From contig CAILEP010000015.1 in assembly GCA_903833275.1 (NCBI GenBank), positions 22,490 to 86,489 on the forward strand: DNA of 64,000 nt, read 5' to 3'. Source of the stretch: an uncultured Bdellovibrionales bacterium (lineage in GTDB: Bacteria > Bdellovibrionota > Bdellovibrionia > Bdellovibrionales > UBA1609). The notes below the pieces were generated by a model, which saw only the letters and a list, made by a program, of their open reading frames with translations, did not search any database and was not told the origin of the DNA. Positions 34,678-44,271 of this stretch are shown in pieces. Position 1 is the first letter of the stretch; the number at the start of each line of letters is the position of its first letter. The position numbers and the translations under genes were made by a program.

Positions 34678-36855
34678 TTATGCCACCAGATCAAGGCGAC
34701 GACTTACATCGCGCCGTTTATTTGTCGCATAGGCCTTCGCGTTCGAAGATTCATCATGCCGCTGGCTTGAAGGCACTGCCGGGCCCGGGTATTCAAACAT
34801 TTCTCTACGATTCATGCCGTTGCGATCTTGAAAGTCGCCCAAGAACTTCTGCTGAAAGCCACGCTCTTGCTCTTGTCTCTGCTGAGAAAAATTATTCGAC
34901 GCATCTTTGGGCGTGTCTATGCGAACAGAATCTAAATTCAATTTGTGGCTCGCAAATGCCTGCTTAAGTTCGCCCAAGCCTTTTTCGAGCATGTGTTTTG
35001 CTTCATCACTTGAGGCCACCATTTCAACATTCACTTGGCCATTTTGCATTTTTACTTTTAAGTTCACTTCACCAAGGCCGTCGGGGTTGAGTGAAATCTT
35101 CATTTCACCGCCACCGCGACGAGATAAGAATTGGGCCTGCGATATAAGTTCTTTTACGTTAGCTTGAACTTCTGCTGTCGAAATATTTTTGGGTGCCTCT
35201 ACGTTAAAGGCTTTGCCGGCCTCGCCATTTTTAACTTGAGCCTGCTGATTCTGTTGAAGTTGACCATTATTTAGGTCATCTGATTTTTTAGAGCCATCGC
35301 CATTGGCCCCGGCGCCCGATTGGTCAGATGACTTCGCTTGAACAATCGAATTGCCGGCGGCTGCTGCGGTCGCCGCCGCAGTCGTTGTTTTTACGTCGGC
35401 CGCGCTTGGCGCGGAGACATTGGCTTTATCAACCATCGCGGTTGAAGTGGCCATGGGGCTCGAAGCCGCTTTAATTCCACCGTCAGATAGAAGCTTCTTC
35501 AACACACTCTCGGTGCCGTCATCAGACTCAGCTGCCACCGCATCGCCTGACGCCGCTGCCATCTGTTCATTCTGATTAACAAGGGCCGCAAGCTCAGCCG
35601 GGGTCATTGTCGCTGTCGTTGCAGCTGCGGCTTGTTGAAACTTAGACACATCAATTGTGCCTTTGCCATTATTTGATAAATTCTTTGCAGCTGGATCTAA
35701 TGAATTCTTATCATCTGCCGAGAAGTTCGATAGAGGGTCATTTGCACCGTCATTCTCATTTAACGCAATTTCATTTAATGCATTTTGACTGTTAGCTTGG
35801 GCCGCATATGCCGCCTGCGCATTTGCTGCTTGCGGGGCAAATTGGCCATTCATAAAAAACTTGTCGTCCATTTTGCCAATTGAAGAACGCAGCTCTTTTA
35901 AGTTTGCCTGGGCCTTGTCTTCGACGTGAATCGCGGCCGACTGTCCGTTTTTGGCTAAATATTGTGCCATTCCAGTTGCGGCCATCATTGAAAGCATTTC
36001 GTTGTATAAGCCCAAAGCTTTTTTTGATTGGCTTGGGTCAAGACTCAATTGTTTTATAAAATCAGCTGACGACTCTTCGGGGGCTGACATGAGCTCTTCC
36101 GGCGACAGCTTCGAAAACGCTTCAACCACACGAGCCGGGTCAACACCCAACTCATTTTGCATCTTATCTAAAAAGATTTGCATTGCGGCTTGGCGTGTCG
36201 CCGTCTGAACTTTTGCCATTGCCTGAAGTGTTTGGGTTGGCTTTGGTTCAATACTATTTTTAGAGAACGGCTCGGCCGACTCGAATGGCGCTTGATAGTC
36301 GGTTTGTTGCGGGCGCCCGACTGGGGCGGTGGTGACTCCGCCTGCTGAGTCAGCCGTAATTTCATCTGACTCTGATTGCGTGTCTTGTGGGGCCAGTGAC
36401 AAGGCCGTTGCGCCAAGACCGCCCGTTAAACTCTGCGCTGATTTTTGCGCTTGGAGTGGTGATGACGATTGAGCCGAGGTTTGCGCTGCGGTTTCACTTG
36501 ATGATGATTGCGCCGGTGCTTTCGAGGTCGATGCGGCTGATGTCGATAGAGAATGGGCCGCCGGTTGCTGCTTTGGCGCACTGACCGTCGCAGACTGTAA
36601 TTTCGCAGGTTGCGCAGACTTTGCTTGAGGCATTGATCGAGTTTGTGATGAGGCCTTCGCTTGGGGCTCTGATGTATGCTTCGGCTCTGATTTAAATTGC
36701 GGTTCAGGCTTAGCTTGTGAGCCGGCTTTGGCAGCAGGAGCTGAATCAAGTGCAAATACAGATGGCTTTGAACCTTTCGGTGCAATCGGCGCCGGGGCAT
36801 TTCGTGCGCCCGAGCGAGGATTCATAATAGGTTTAATGCCAAGATCCATTGCCAT
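34678..36855 (-). CDS. fliK: flagellar hook-length control protein FliK
   Basis: Long Ala/Gln/Ser-rich low-complexity N-terminal part. C-terminal Flg_hook domain (ISLNPDGLGEVNLKVKMQNGQVNVEMVASSDEAKHMLE). Operon position. Confidence 0.75.
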   Translation of the reverse strand: MAMDLGIKPIMNPRSGARNAPAPIAPKGSKPSVFALDSAPAAKAGSQAKPEPQFKSEPKHTSEPQAKASSQTRSMPQAKSAQPAKLQSATVSAPKQQPAAHSLSTSAASTSKAPAQSSSSETAAQTSAQSSSPLQAQKSAQSLTGGLGATALSLAPQDTQSESDEITADSAGGVTTAPVGRPQQTDYQAPFESAEPFSKNSIEPKPTQTLQAMAKVQTATRQAAMQIFLDKMQNELGVDPARVVEAFSKLSPEELMSAPEESSADFIKQLSLDPSQSKKALGLYNEMLSMMAATGMAQYLAKNGQSAAIHVEDKAQANLKELRSSIGKMDDKFFMNGQFAPQAANAQAAYAAQANSQNALNEIALNENDGANDPLSNFSADDKNSLDPAAKNLSNNGKGTIDVSKFQQAAAATTATMTPAELAALVNQNEQMAAASGDAVAAESDDGTESVLKKLLSDGGIKAASSPMATSTAMVDKANVSAPSAADVKTTTAAATAAAAGNSIVQAKSSDQSGAGANGDGSKKSDDLNNGQLQQNQQAQVKNGEAGKAFNVEAPKNISTAEVQANVKELISQAQFLSRRGGGEMKISLNPDGLGEVNLKVKMQNGQVNVEMVASSDEAKHMLEKGLGELKQAFASHKLNLDSVRIDTPKDASNNFSQQRQEQERGFQQKFLGDFQDRNGMNRREMFEYPGPAVPSSQRHDESSNAKAYATNKRRDVSRRLDLVA

Positions 36856-36862
36856 ATATTCT

Positions 36863-37723
36863 TTAGTCTCTCTTATATCCTGTGAACTTCTCGCTCAGAA
36901 CGCGCGCCTTCGTGGGGTCAAGAAGATTTAAAATGTCTGCCGCGTTCTTCTTTTTCATCTTACCTAGTACCTCAACCGCCAGATCTTCATTTAACTTCGA
37001 GAAGACGTCGGCAGCCTGTTTGGGTTTCATGTTAGAGTAAAATTCCACTAACGTATTCACCCGTTGCTGGTCGACCTCGACTCGATCTTTCAAAACCGTC
37101 GCCACCTCTTCTCGTATCTGTTCGAGTTTGGCGATTCGAGCTTCGACCTCACTTTTCTGTTTATGCAATTCTTCTTCCAGCGCAGTGAGTTCGCTTTCGC
37201 GCAGGTCGAGTTCTTTCTTACGCTCATTTAATTTATTGAAATGACTCAACTCTTCTTCAGTAAAACCTTTCGTATCGGCGCATTCGGCTTTGCTTTGCCC
37301 TTTAGTCGAATCGGCAGATTTTTCTCCATCGCCGTTCTTAGTCGCGGCAGATTTTTCTCCTGCGGCCCCGCTCTTCGTCTTGTCACCCGGGGTCTCAGAT
37401 GCAGCTGACGCGTCGGTAAAGAACCCAAATGAATACTTCTCAGTCAGCTCATGGACCTTCTCCGGAAAGTAATACCCAGTCCACGTACCGAGAACCCCGA
37501 GAACCACGACCAAAAACGCGGTTAACGGAAAGCCCTGACGCTTTCGCGGCTTCTGCTGGGCCTTCACCCGCAAGGCCTGGCGAAGGTAATCTTCAGCGGT
37601 TTCTTCTTTTTTGCCGGCCTTCGTCGCCTGCCCCGGCTTCTTGGCTCGGGCGGGATCTCGATCGCTGCCACTTTGTTTATTCTCTTTGGCTTTTTTAAAG
37701 AACTGATCGTATCCCTGACTCAT
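36863..37723 (-). CDS. MgtE_N-domain flagellar protein (YlxF/MotE/FlbB-like)
   Basis: One TM segment and a coiled coil. C-terminal MKPKQAADVFSKLNEDLAVEVLGKMKKKNAADIL. Occupies the same position as ylxF in fla/che-type operons. Confidence 0.6.
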   Translation of the reverse strand: MSQGYDQFFKKAKENKQSGSDRDPARAKKPGQATKAGKKEETAEDYLRQALRVKAQQKPRKRQGFPLTAFLVVVLGVLGTWTGYYFPEKVHELTEKYSFGFFTDASAASETPGDKTKSGAAGEKSAATKNGDGEKSADSTKGQSKAECADTKGFTEEELSHFNKLNERKKELDLRESELTALEEELHKQKSEVEARIAKLEQIREEVATVLKDRVEVDQQRVNTLVEFYSNMKPKQAADVFSKLNEDLAVEVLGKMKKKNAADILNLLDPTKARVLSEKFTGYKRD

Positions 37724-38169
37724 CTTTCACCTCGGTGAGCGGTTCGCATAACCGTCATATCATCTAAATCTTTAGCCTGTTTTTTCTTATATTCTTTTTT
37801 AAATTCGAGTTTCTTTTTGTCTTTTAGCTTCTCGAGCACTTTATAGGCTTGCATTTTATCGACAAGAATCTCAAGTTTCTCTTCTGCCACGGCCATCAGC
37901 TCTCGGGCTTTTTCTCTCGCAAGACGAATGCGTATTTTTTGACCATCTATATATTCGTCAATTTGAACAAGACCATCACTTTTTGCACCAGGCGAACTTT
38001 GCTTTTGATCACAAAGTAAGCGCGCATTATCAAGTTCTTCATAAAATCGTTTAATCAAGGCCAGCTGAACTTGAACTTGATTTTGAGCTTCAGCGTAAAT
38101 TCTTTGGGCGGCATCGCGCTCGGCACCTCTTTGACGCATCAATGTTTCGAGCCGAAAGTTGAATTTCAT
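37720..38169 (-). CDS. fliJ: flagellar export chaperone FliJ
   Basis: 149-aa coiled-coil protein directly after fliI, with ATGA overlap to the next gene. Confidence 0.7.
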   Translation of the reverse strand: MKFNFRLETLMRQRGAERDAAQRIYAEAQNQVQVQLALIKRFYEELDNARLLCDQKQSSPGAKSDGLVQIDEYIDGQKIRIRLAREKARELMAVAEEKLEILVDKMQAYKVLEKLKDKKKLEFKKEYKKKQAKDLDDMTVMRTAHRGER

Positions 38170-39497
38170 TAGCTCGCCCTACCCGAAATATTTTGCATAA
38201 GCAGTTCGGTGTCGGCAAACGAGGTTGAGTCGTCAACGTCTTGTCGCAGAAATAAATTAATCTTATCGATCATCTGAATCGCTTTATCAATTCGTGGGCT
38301 CGCACCCGTTTTGTAAGCGCCAATATTAATCAAATCTTCGGCGTCTCGATAAACTGCGAGGTTTTCACGAACCGCTTGCGCCCACTTGGTGTGTTGGGGT
38401 GTTACCACGCTGCGCATGACCCGACTTGTGCTCTGTAAAATGTCTATTGCCGGAAAGTGAGCCCGTTGCGCAATCTTTCGATCAAGCACGATGTGACCAT
38501 CTACGATTGAGCGCACGGCATCGGCGATGGGTTCATCCATGTCATCGCCTTCGACAAGAACAGTGTAAAGACCCGTAATGCTGCCGCCTGTGGTGAAATT
38601 ACCGGCCCGCTCTAGAAGTTTTGGCAAGAGAGAGAAAACACTCGGAGTGTAACCTCTTGACGCCGGCGGCTCGCCGCTACTCAGACCAATTTCTCGTTGT
38701 GCCATCGCAAATCGAGTCACAGAATCCATCATCAAAAGAACACTTTTACCTTGTTGAGCGAAATATTCAGAGATCGCGGTCGCCAAGAAAGCGCCTCGCA
38801 TCCGCACGAGAGGGCTCTGATCTGACGTCACTGCTATAATTACAGAACGGGCAAGACCCTCGTCGCCCAAACTGGACTCAATAAATTCTTTGACCTCTCG
38901 ACCGCGCTCACCAATAAGGGCAATCACATTGACCTGAGCGTTTGTTGAGCGAGCCATCTGCCCGAGAAGCATTGATTTACCTACTCCTGAACCGGCCATG
39001 ATCGCGACGCGCTGGCCTTTGCCGACCGTCAGCAAACCATCGATGGCGCGAACGCCCACACTCAAGGGCTCTCGAATTAATTCGCGCTTCATCGGCGTCT
39101 CGGCCTCAGTGTAGAGCGGCATTTCGTCGATAAGAGTCAACTGCCCCTTGTCATCGATCGGCTCACCTTGGCCGTTGATAATTCGCCCGAGCATGCCCTG
39201 ACCGACGCCAACTGAAGCTTTTGATTTCAACAAGACTACCTTTGAACCGTGGCCAACCCCGTGCATTTGGCCAAGTGCCATCATAAGAACCTCTTGGCCA
39301 CGAAAGCCCACGACTTCAGCACTAAACTGGCGCTGACCGTTGAGTGAGTGCACCTCGCAAATACTGCCCAAGCTGCAGCCCGGTACAAACGCCTTTATCA
39401 AAAGGCCCGTCAGCTCGGTGACCTTGCCAATATCGCGCGTCAGTATTGCATCGTTAATAGCGCGACTGTATTTTTCAAGATTCATTGTAAAATTCAA
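38169..39497 (-). CDS. fliI: flagellum-specific ATPase FliI
   Basis: Walker A AGSGVGKS and Walker B LLMMDSVTR. F1-ATPase-beta-like sequence throughout. Confidence 0.95.
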   Translation of the reverse strand: MNFTMNLEKYSRAINDAILTRDIGKVTELTGLLIKAFVPGCSLGSICEVHSLNGQRQFSAEVVGFRGQEVLMMALGQMHGVGHGSKVVLLKSKASVGVGQGMLGRIINGQGEPIDDKGQLTLIDEMPLYTEAETPMKRELIREPLSVGVRAIDGLLTVGKGQRVAIMAGSGVGKSMLLGQMARSTNAQVNVIALIGERGREVKEFIESSLGDEGLARSVIIAVTSDQSPLVRMRGAFLATAISEYFAQQGKSVLLMMDSVTRFAMAQREIGLSSGEPPASRGYTPSVFSLLPKLLERAGNFTTGGSITGLYTVLVEGDDMDEPIADAVRSIVDGHIVLDRKIAQRAHFPAIDILQSTSRVMRSVVTPQHTKWAQAVRENLAVYRDAEDLINIGAYKTGASPRIDKAIQMIDKINLFLRQDVDDSTSFADTELLMQNISGRAS

Positions 39498-39500
39498 ATC

Positions 39501-40280
39501 TTAAGCTCCGCTGCTTGGGTCATTCGATTTGGTCACGGGTAATTTCGATTCAAGCGCCTTCCAGGCTCGTTCAATACGTTGCTCAATAGTGGCATCAATT
39601 GTGCCGAAATCGGTTTCAATACTACAACCGCCGCTTTGAATTTGTTCATCAACCTCAAACTTCACACGCTCAAAAGCCTCAACGGATTTATCTTTTTTGG
39701 TTCTGAGGTTTTCGATAAAATTCATATCACCTGGGTTAATTCGAACGACAATGTGAACGGCCTCTTGTAAATCGTGTACTGTGCTTTTTAGCATTTCGAT
39801 TATAGGGGCCGGGTCTTGGGCAATAGCCCGGCGAGCGATTTTCTCGGCAATCTCATAGGCCAATTTAACCAAAATCGATTCGTTTTCTTGCGCCGCCAAG
39901 CCCAAATGAGATTCGACGTTCTTGCACAACAAATCAAAACGCTCGAGGCGCATCAGAAAATCTTGTTGCTTCTCTTGAAATGCCTTCTCGGTACCTTCGA
40001 TAAGACCCAAATCATAGGCTTGCTTATAAGCCTGCTCTTGGATTTCTTTGAGTCGCTCGAGCACGGTCTCTTCGGCTTTGTCGTCGAGATTTTTCTGCTT
40101 CATGGCCGCAATGCCGGCCTGTTGAGCCACCACATCGGCGATTTCGAAATCCGAAGATTTGCCTTTCTGCATATTAACAAAAGAGGTCGCCGCCGTTGAC
40201 GGTTGCGAGCGAATGAATTTCGGGCTGTGTCTAAACACAACTTTTTCAGCATCTTCTTTTTTGAGAACTGTGCTCATCAA
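39501..40280 (-). CDS. fliH: flagellar assembly protein FliH
   Basis: Position between fliG and fliI. Glu/Gln-rich helical centre and a FliH-type C-terminal domain. Confidence 0.75.
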   Translation of the reverse strand: MMSTVLKKEDAEKVVFRHSPKFIRSQPSTAATSFVNMQKGKSSDFEIADVVAQQAGIAAMKQKNLDDKAEETVLERLKEIQEQAYKQAYDLGLIEGTEKAFQEKQQDFLMRLERFDLLCKNVESHLGLAAQENESILVKLAYEIAEKIARRAIAQDPAPIIEMLKSTVHDLQEAVHIVVRINPGDMNFIENLRTKKDKSVEAFERVKFEVDEQIQSGGCSIETDFGTIDATIEQRIERAWKALESKLPVTKSNDPSSGA

Positions 40281-40286
40281 ACCACC

Positions 40287-41324
40287 TTAAACAAGTGAGT
40301 CTTCGCTACCGCCACGAGCAATCAATATTTTGCCTTCAGCCTCGAGGCGTCGAGCTATATTGACAATCTCAACCTGCGCACCTTCGACATCAGAAAGGCG
40401 TGCTGGGCCCATGTTGCCCAAGTCGTCTTTAAGAAGATTGGCCGCCCGTTGAGAAATGTTCTTAAATATTTTAGTTTTAATTTCTTCTTGAGCTGTCTTA
40501 AGAGCCAACAACAATTTGTCATTCGGAACTTCTTTAAGAAGCGTTTGAATTCCTTTGTCGTCGATTTTGGTAATATCCTCGAAAACAAACATCAATTTGC
40601 GAATCTCTTCGGCGAGAATGGGGTCCTTTTCTTCAATGCGGGACATAATTGAAGTCTCCGTCCCCTTGTCCATAACGTTCAGCATTTCTGCCACAGGTTG
40701 TACTCCACCAAGTGAAGCTTGTTCGACCGTGCCGAGATTTGCCAACTCTTGCTTTAGTACACGATCGACTTCGGCAATAAGCTCAGGGGCCACATGGTCA
40801 AGATTTGAAAGACGCAAAACCACTTCAGCCTGCAAAGCCTCAGGCAAGCGCTTTAGCACTTCGCCTTTTTTCTCGGGTTCGAGATGGGCCAGAATAACAG
40901 CAATGGTCTGCGGATGTTCGTTAATTAAAAAATTTGAAAGCGACTTCGCGTCGACCACTTCAAGACTCTCAAGAGTTCTTTGTGCCGGGCCGCTCGAAGC
41001 CATGTGACCAAGAATGCCGCGCGCGCGCTCTTCTCCGACCGCGTCGATAACCGTTTCTTTTTGCAACGGTTTTTCTGAGAAAATGTAGTCTTGCGATTCA
41101 CTGATCAGCTCATAAAATTCTTCGAGAACCTTTTTAGTAATATCAACTGAGGCGATTCGAAACTTCTGCATAGTCGCGAGTAACTTGCGAATGTCGCCGT
41201 CGTCGACGTGTTTAAACAAAAGCTTTGCCGCACCTGGCCCGAGATAGTTTAACAGAATTGCAGCTTTCTCAAACCCGCGCAGTTTATCAAACGCGATGTT
41301 CTCTGCTCTTTTAATCGCCGCCAT
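40287..41324 (-). CDS. fliG: flagellar motor switch protein FliG
   Basis: Typical FliG sequence (GFEKAAILL..., ...MFVFEDI..., ...EIVNIARRLEAEGKI). Confidence 0.92.
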   Translation of the reverse strand: MAAIKRAENIAFDKLRGFEKAAILLNYLGPGAAKLLFKHVDDGDIRKLLATMQKFRIASVDITKKVLEEFYELISESQDYIFSEKPLQKETVIDAVGEERARGILGHMASSGPAQRTLESLEVVDAKSLSNFLINEHPQTIAVILAHLEPEKKGEVLKRLPEALQAEVVLRLSNLDHVAPELIAEVDRVLKQELANLGTVEQASLGGVQPVAEMLNVMDKGTETSIMSRIEEKDPILAEEIRKLMFVFEDITKIDDKGIQTLLKEVPNDKLLLALKTAQEEIKTKIFKNISQRAANLLKDDLGNMGPARLSDVEGAQVEIVNIARRLEAEGKILIARGGSEDSLV

Positions 41325-42974
41325 TTAGTTCTCCCTTCTCGAAACCCAGAGGTTGAATGCCGCTGAAGATTTCTCAATATCCTTCTCGATAAGGCCCATA
41401 ATGCGCTCTTTGAGCAATTCGCTTTCGGCTTTATTTGGGTCAATCGATTCTTCGAGCACCGGCAAGGCCCCGGTCATACCAGGCAGGGTGTTGTCGCCGG
41501 CCTGAAGCTCTTCGAGCTCTTCGATCGTTCGCGGCAACATATCTTCAACCGTGTCTTGAAACGAATCTGTAATCCAACGCATAAAGGGTTTCACGACGAT
41601 AAAGAAGAACAGGACGAGCGAGAACCCAAGTAAGGACCACTTGAATAGTGCGCGTAAAATTTTATCGCGATCAAGAGACGTCAAAAGCTTATCCGCCTCA
41701 GCAAAATCTTCGCGCTCAAACTTGATATTCTCGATTCGCACCGAGTCTCCGCGCTTAGCATCAAAACCGACTGCGCTCTTTACGATATTTTCAAATTTTG
41801 CCAATTCTTCGGGGGTGCGCGGCGCCCACTTCTCGGCCATTTTGCCGTCAGCGCCTTTTTCTTCAGTGATGATGCCGTCAACGAGTACGGCTACACTTAC
41901 GCGCTGAAGATCGCCAGCGGCCTGTTGAACCTTACGAGTGGTCTTCGGCACCGTGTAGTTTGTGGTCTTCATTTCTTTTTTCACGTTTTGCTGAAAACCA
42001 ACTTGGCCCTGGTCTTGGGCCCCCGGCAGATTGGCTCGTGAGCCCGGCACACCGGTGGGGTTTGTGCGTTGACCATCGAGCATTTCTTCTTCGGTAACTT
42101 GAGAACGAATCGCCGTCGACTCGGGGTCAACATTCTCTTCGATACTGTCTGTACTTCGGGGGTTTAAAGTGGTGCTTACGCGCGCAATGACTTTGCCGGC
42201 CCCAACGACGCGAGAAAGTATTGATTCGATTTGCTCTTCTAACTGCATCTCTTGATGCTTCTTCATGTCCGCTAATTCTGCAGAAATGCCGGTTTGCGCG
42301 TCATAGTTCTTAGATAAAACTTTACCCTTTTCGTCGACCACCGTTACTTTACCCGCGTCTAGGCCCTCAACTGCACTCGCCACGAGATGTGTAATACCGC
42401 GAACCTGGTCGGGCGAAAGAGTTTTGCCCGGGTGAAGCTCTAAGACGACTGAGGCCGTCGGCTGACCGCCCTCTTCGAGAAACGTTTTTTTATTTGGCAA
42501 AGCTAATAGAACCTTAGACTGCTTGATCGCCGTTAAGGTATTGATCGCGCGCATCAACTCGCCCTGAATCGCTCGCTGATAATTAATTTTCTGTGCATAT
42601 GAGGTCACACCGAAATCTTGCTTTTCAAAAATCTCTAAACCCATTGAGCCGACTTTCGAGCCGCCCATTTCAGCCATAATCGCCATCTGAGTCGCCGGCA
42701 AAAGTTCGCGCGGCACCATAATCGAATGGCCTTCGTCATCCATCTTGAACGGTATATTCTTCTTTCTCAAATTCTCAAGAATGAGAGTGAGTTGATCGGC
42801 CGCAACGTTTTGAAACAGCGGCACATAGTCGGTTCGAGTTAACATCGTCGACACCAAGAAAATGCCGAGGCCTGCTACAACTGTTGAAATTAAAATCGAA
42901 TTACGCTTTAGCGGTGGCAAAGCATTGTAAAACGATCTGAACTGCGCCATCAACGTGGCAATAATTTTAGGCAC
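41325..42974 (-). CDS. fliF: flagellar MS-ring protein FliF
   Basis: N-terminal TM segment, YscJ/FliF ring-building motifs, a second TM segment near the C-terminus. 549 aa. Confidence 0.92.
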   Translation of the reverse strand: MPKIIATLMAQFRSFYNALPPLKRNSILISTVVAGLGIFLVSTMLTRTDYVPLFQNVAADQLTLILENLRKKNIPFKMDDEGHSIMVPRELLPATQMAIMAEMGGSKVGSMGLEIFEKQDFGVTSYAQKINYQRAIQGELMRAINTLTAIKQSKVLLALPNKKTFLEEGGQPTASVVLELHPGKTLSPDQVRGITHLVASAVEGLDAGKVTVVDEKGKVLSKNYDAQTGISAELADMKKHQEMQLEEQIESILSRVVGAGKVIARVSTTLNPRSTDSIEENVDPESTAIRSQVTEEEMLDGQRTNPTGVPGSRANLPGAQDQGQVGFQQNVKKEMKTTNYTVPKTTRKVQQAAGDLQRVSVAVLVDGIITEEKGADGKMAEKWAPRTPEELAKFENIVKSAVGFDAKRGDSVRIENIKFEREDFAEADKLLTSLDRDKILRALFKWSLLGFSLVLFFFIVVKPFMRWITDSFQDTVEDMLPRTIEELEELQAGDNTLPGMTGALPVLEESIDPNKAESELLKERIMGLIEKDIEKSSAAFNLWVSRREN

Positions 42975-42990
42975 CGGTTACCCCCAGCAA

Positions 42991-43326
42991 TTAAACCTGC
43001 ATCTTCATTATTTCTTGGTACGCATCAATAATTTTATTACGCACCTGCGTTAACAACTTAAATGCGACAGTGGCTTTCTCTGTCGCGATCATTACTTCCG
43101 GAATATTCTTTGTTTGCCCAGTCGCCAACTTTTGCATCTGGACGTCGGCTTCAGTCGACAATTCGTTCACTTTATTAACGGCGTCGGAGAGCGTGTCTTT
43201 GAAGCTTTTAATATCCGACTGCGACCCGTCAATCGCGTCGTTATTTATCTGATCGTTGCGAATCTGGCTCGTCGTATGGCCCGAGCGCAATATTGAATCA
43301 GAATTTGAAATGGTGAGGCCGTCCAT
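42991..43326 (-). CDS. fliE: flagellar hook-basal body protein FliE
   Basis: 111 aa. C-terminal ...VMIATEKATVAFKLLTQVRNKIIDAYQEIMKMQV is typical of FliE. Confidence 0.85.
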   Translation of the reverse strand: MDGLTISNSDSILRSGHTTSQIRNDQINNDAIDGSQSDIKSFKDTLSDAVNKVNELSTEADVQMQKLATGQTKNIPEVMIATEKATVAFKLLTQVRNKIIDAYQEIMKMQV

Positions 43327-43411
43327 GGCGCTGCTCCCGTCGTAAAACGTTAAAAACGTTCTACAAAAAGTTTATCAAACACTCTGCTCTTACTCTACCG
43401 AACACTTACTA

Positions 43412-43849
43412 CTACCGACCAATTTCAAGCGACGTTAAAGCCATGTCTTTAGTGGCCTGCATCGCCGAGACGTTAGCCTCGTACGAACGCGTCGCCTGAA
43501 TCATATTTGTCATTTCTTCCATTAAATTTATATTCGGGTAAGCCACAAACCCTTTTTCGTCTGCATTCGGGCTGTCGGGCTCATACTTTAGTAGCGGTGC
43601 GCCCCTATCAACCGTCACATCTGTCACTTGTACACGCTGCAAATTTCGATCCGGTTCGCTAGTGAGAATTTCGCCGAAGTTCTTGGTCTCGGGCATGCTT
43701 TCAAAAACAACGTCTTTGCGCCGGTACGGGCCGCCCTCGGGCGTTTTCGTCGTATTTATATTCGCAATGTTGGCGGCAATCGTATTCATACGCATACGTT
43801 GCGCCGTAAGACCGCTACTTGAAATGTGCATTCCTGTTGCGAAATCCAT
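43412..43849 (-). CDS. flgC: flagellar basal-body rod protein FlgC
   Basis: SGLTAQRMRMNTIAANIANINTT N-terminus and ...SYEANVSAMQATKDMALTSLEIGR C-terminus. Confidence 0.92.
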   Translation of the reverse strand: MDFATGMHISSSGLTAQRMRMNTIAANIANINTTKTPEGGPYRRKDVVFESMPETKNFGEILTSEPDRNLQRVQVTDVTVDRGAPLLKYEPDSPNADEKGFVAYPNINLMEEMTNMIQATRSYEANVSAMQATKDMALTSLEIGR

Positions 43850-44271
43850 TATCGGATACCTCCGCCTTCAGTGGCTGCGTACGCCAAGCCCGCGAGCTTC
43901 TTATTTATCAACTGTATTGTGGCCTTATAGATAATCGTGTTCTCAGAAAGCTCAGACATTTCACGCTCGAGGTCGACCGTGTTCCCATCATTTGTTACGG
44001 TGCCCTCTGGGTTTTCGTAAACATCGGCGCGCACGCTGCCAATCGGGCTACCGCCAACAGTAAATTGATCTGGGCCGTCGGTGGCCATCTGATTGAGGCC
44101 CGATATATCGACAGCTCGTGAAAGCGCCTCTTCGAAATCGAGCTTCTTGGCCTTGTAGTGCGGGGTCTCTGCATTGGCAATATTCGACGACGACACCTCT
44201 TGCTTAAGCTGCCGAAAGTTAATGGACGCGCCGAGCGCGTTTGTGGTTTTATCAAACAGTCCGCTGCTCAT
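43849..44271 (-). CDS. flgB: flagellar basal-body rod protein FlgB
   Basis: AAGGTGG precedes the ATG at 44271. Contains ...VSSSNIANAETPHYKAK... The longer ORF reaching 44304 is less likely. Confidence 0.85.
   Translation of the reverse strand: MSSGLFDKTTNALGASINFRQLKQEVSSSNIANAETPHYKAKKLDFEEALSRAVDISGLNQMATDGPDQFTVGGSPIGSVRADVYENPEGTVTNDGNTVDLEREMSELSENTIIYKATIQLINKKLAGLAYAATEGGGIR

Noticed and set aside
33930-36800. Long alternative-frame ORFs inside flgD and fliK (for example 33930..34343 and 36426..36800)
   Set aside because: Highly basic, Arg/Lys/Pro-rich shadow frames of low-complexity Ala/Gln/Ser-coding DNA. They are nested in well-supported flagellar genes.
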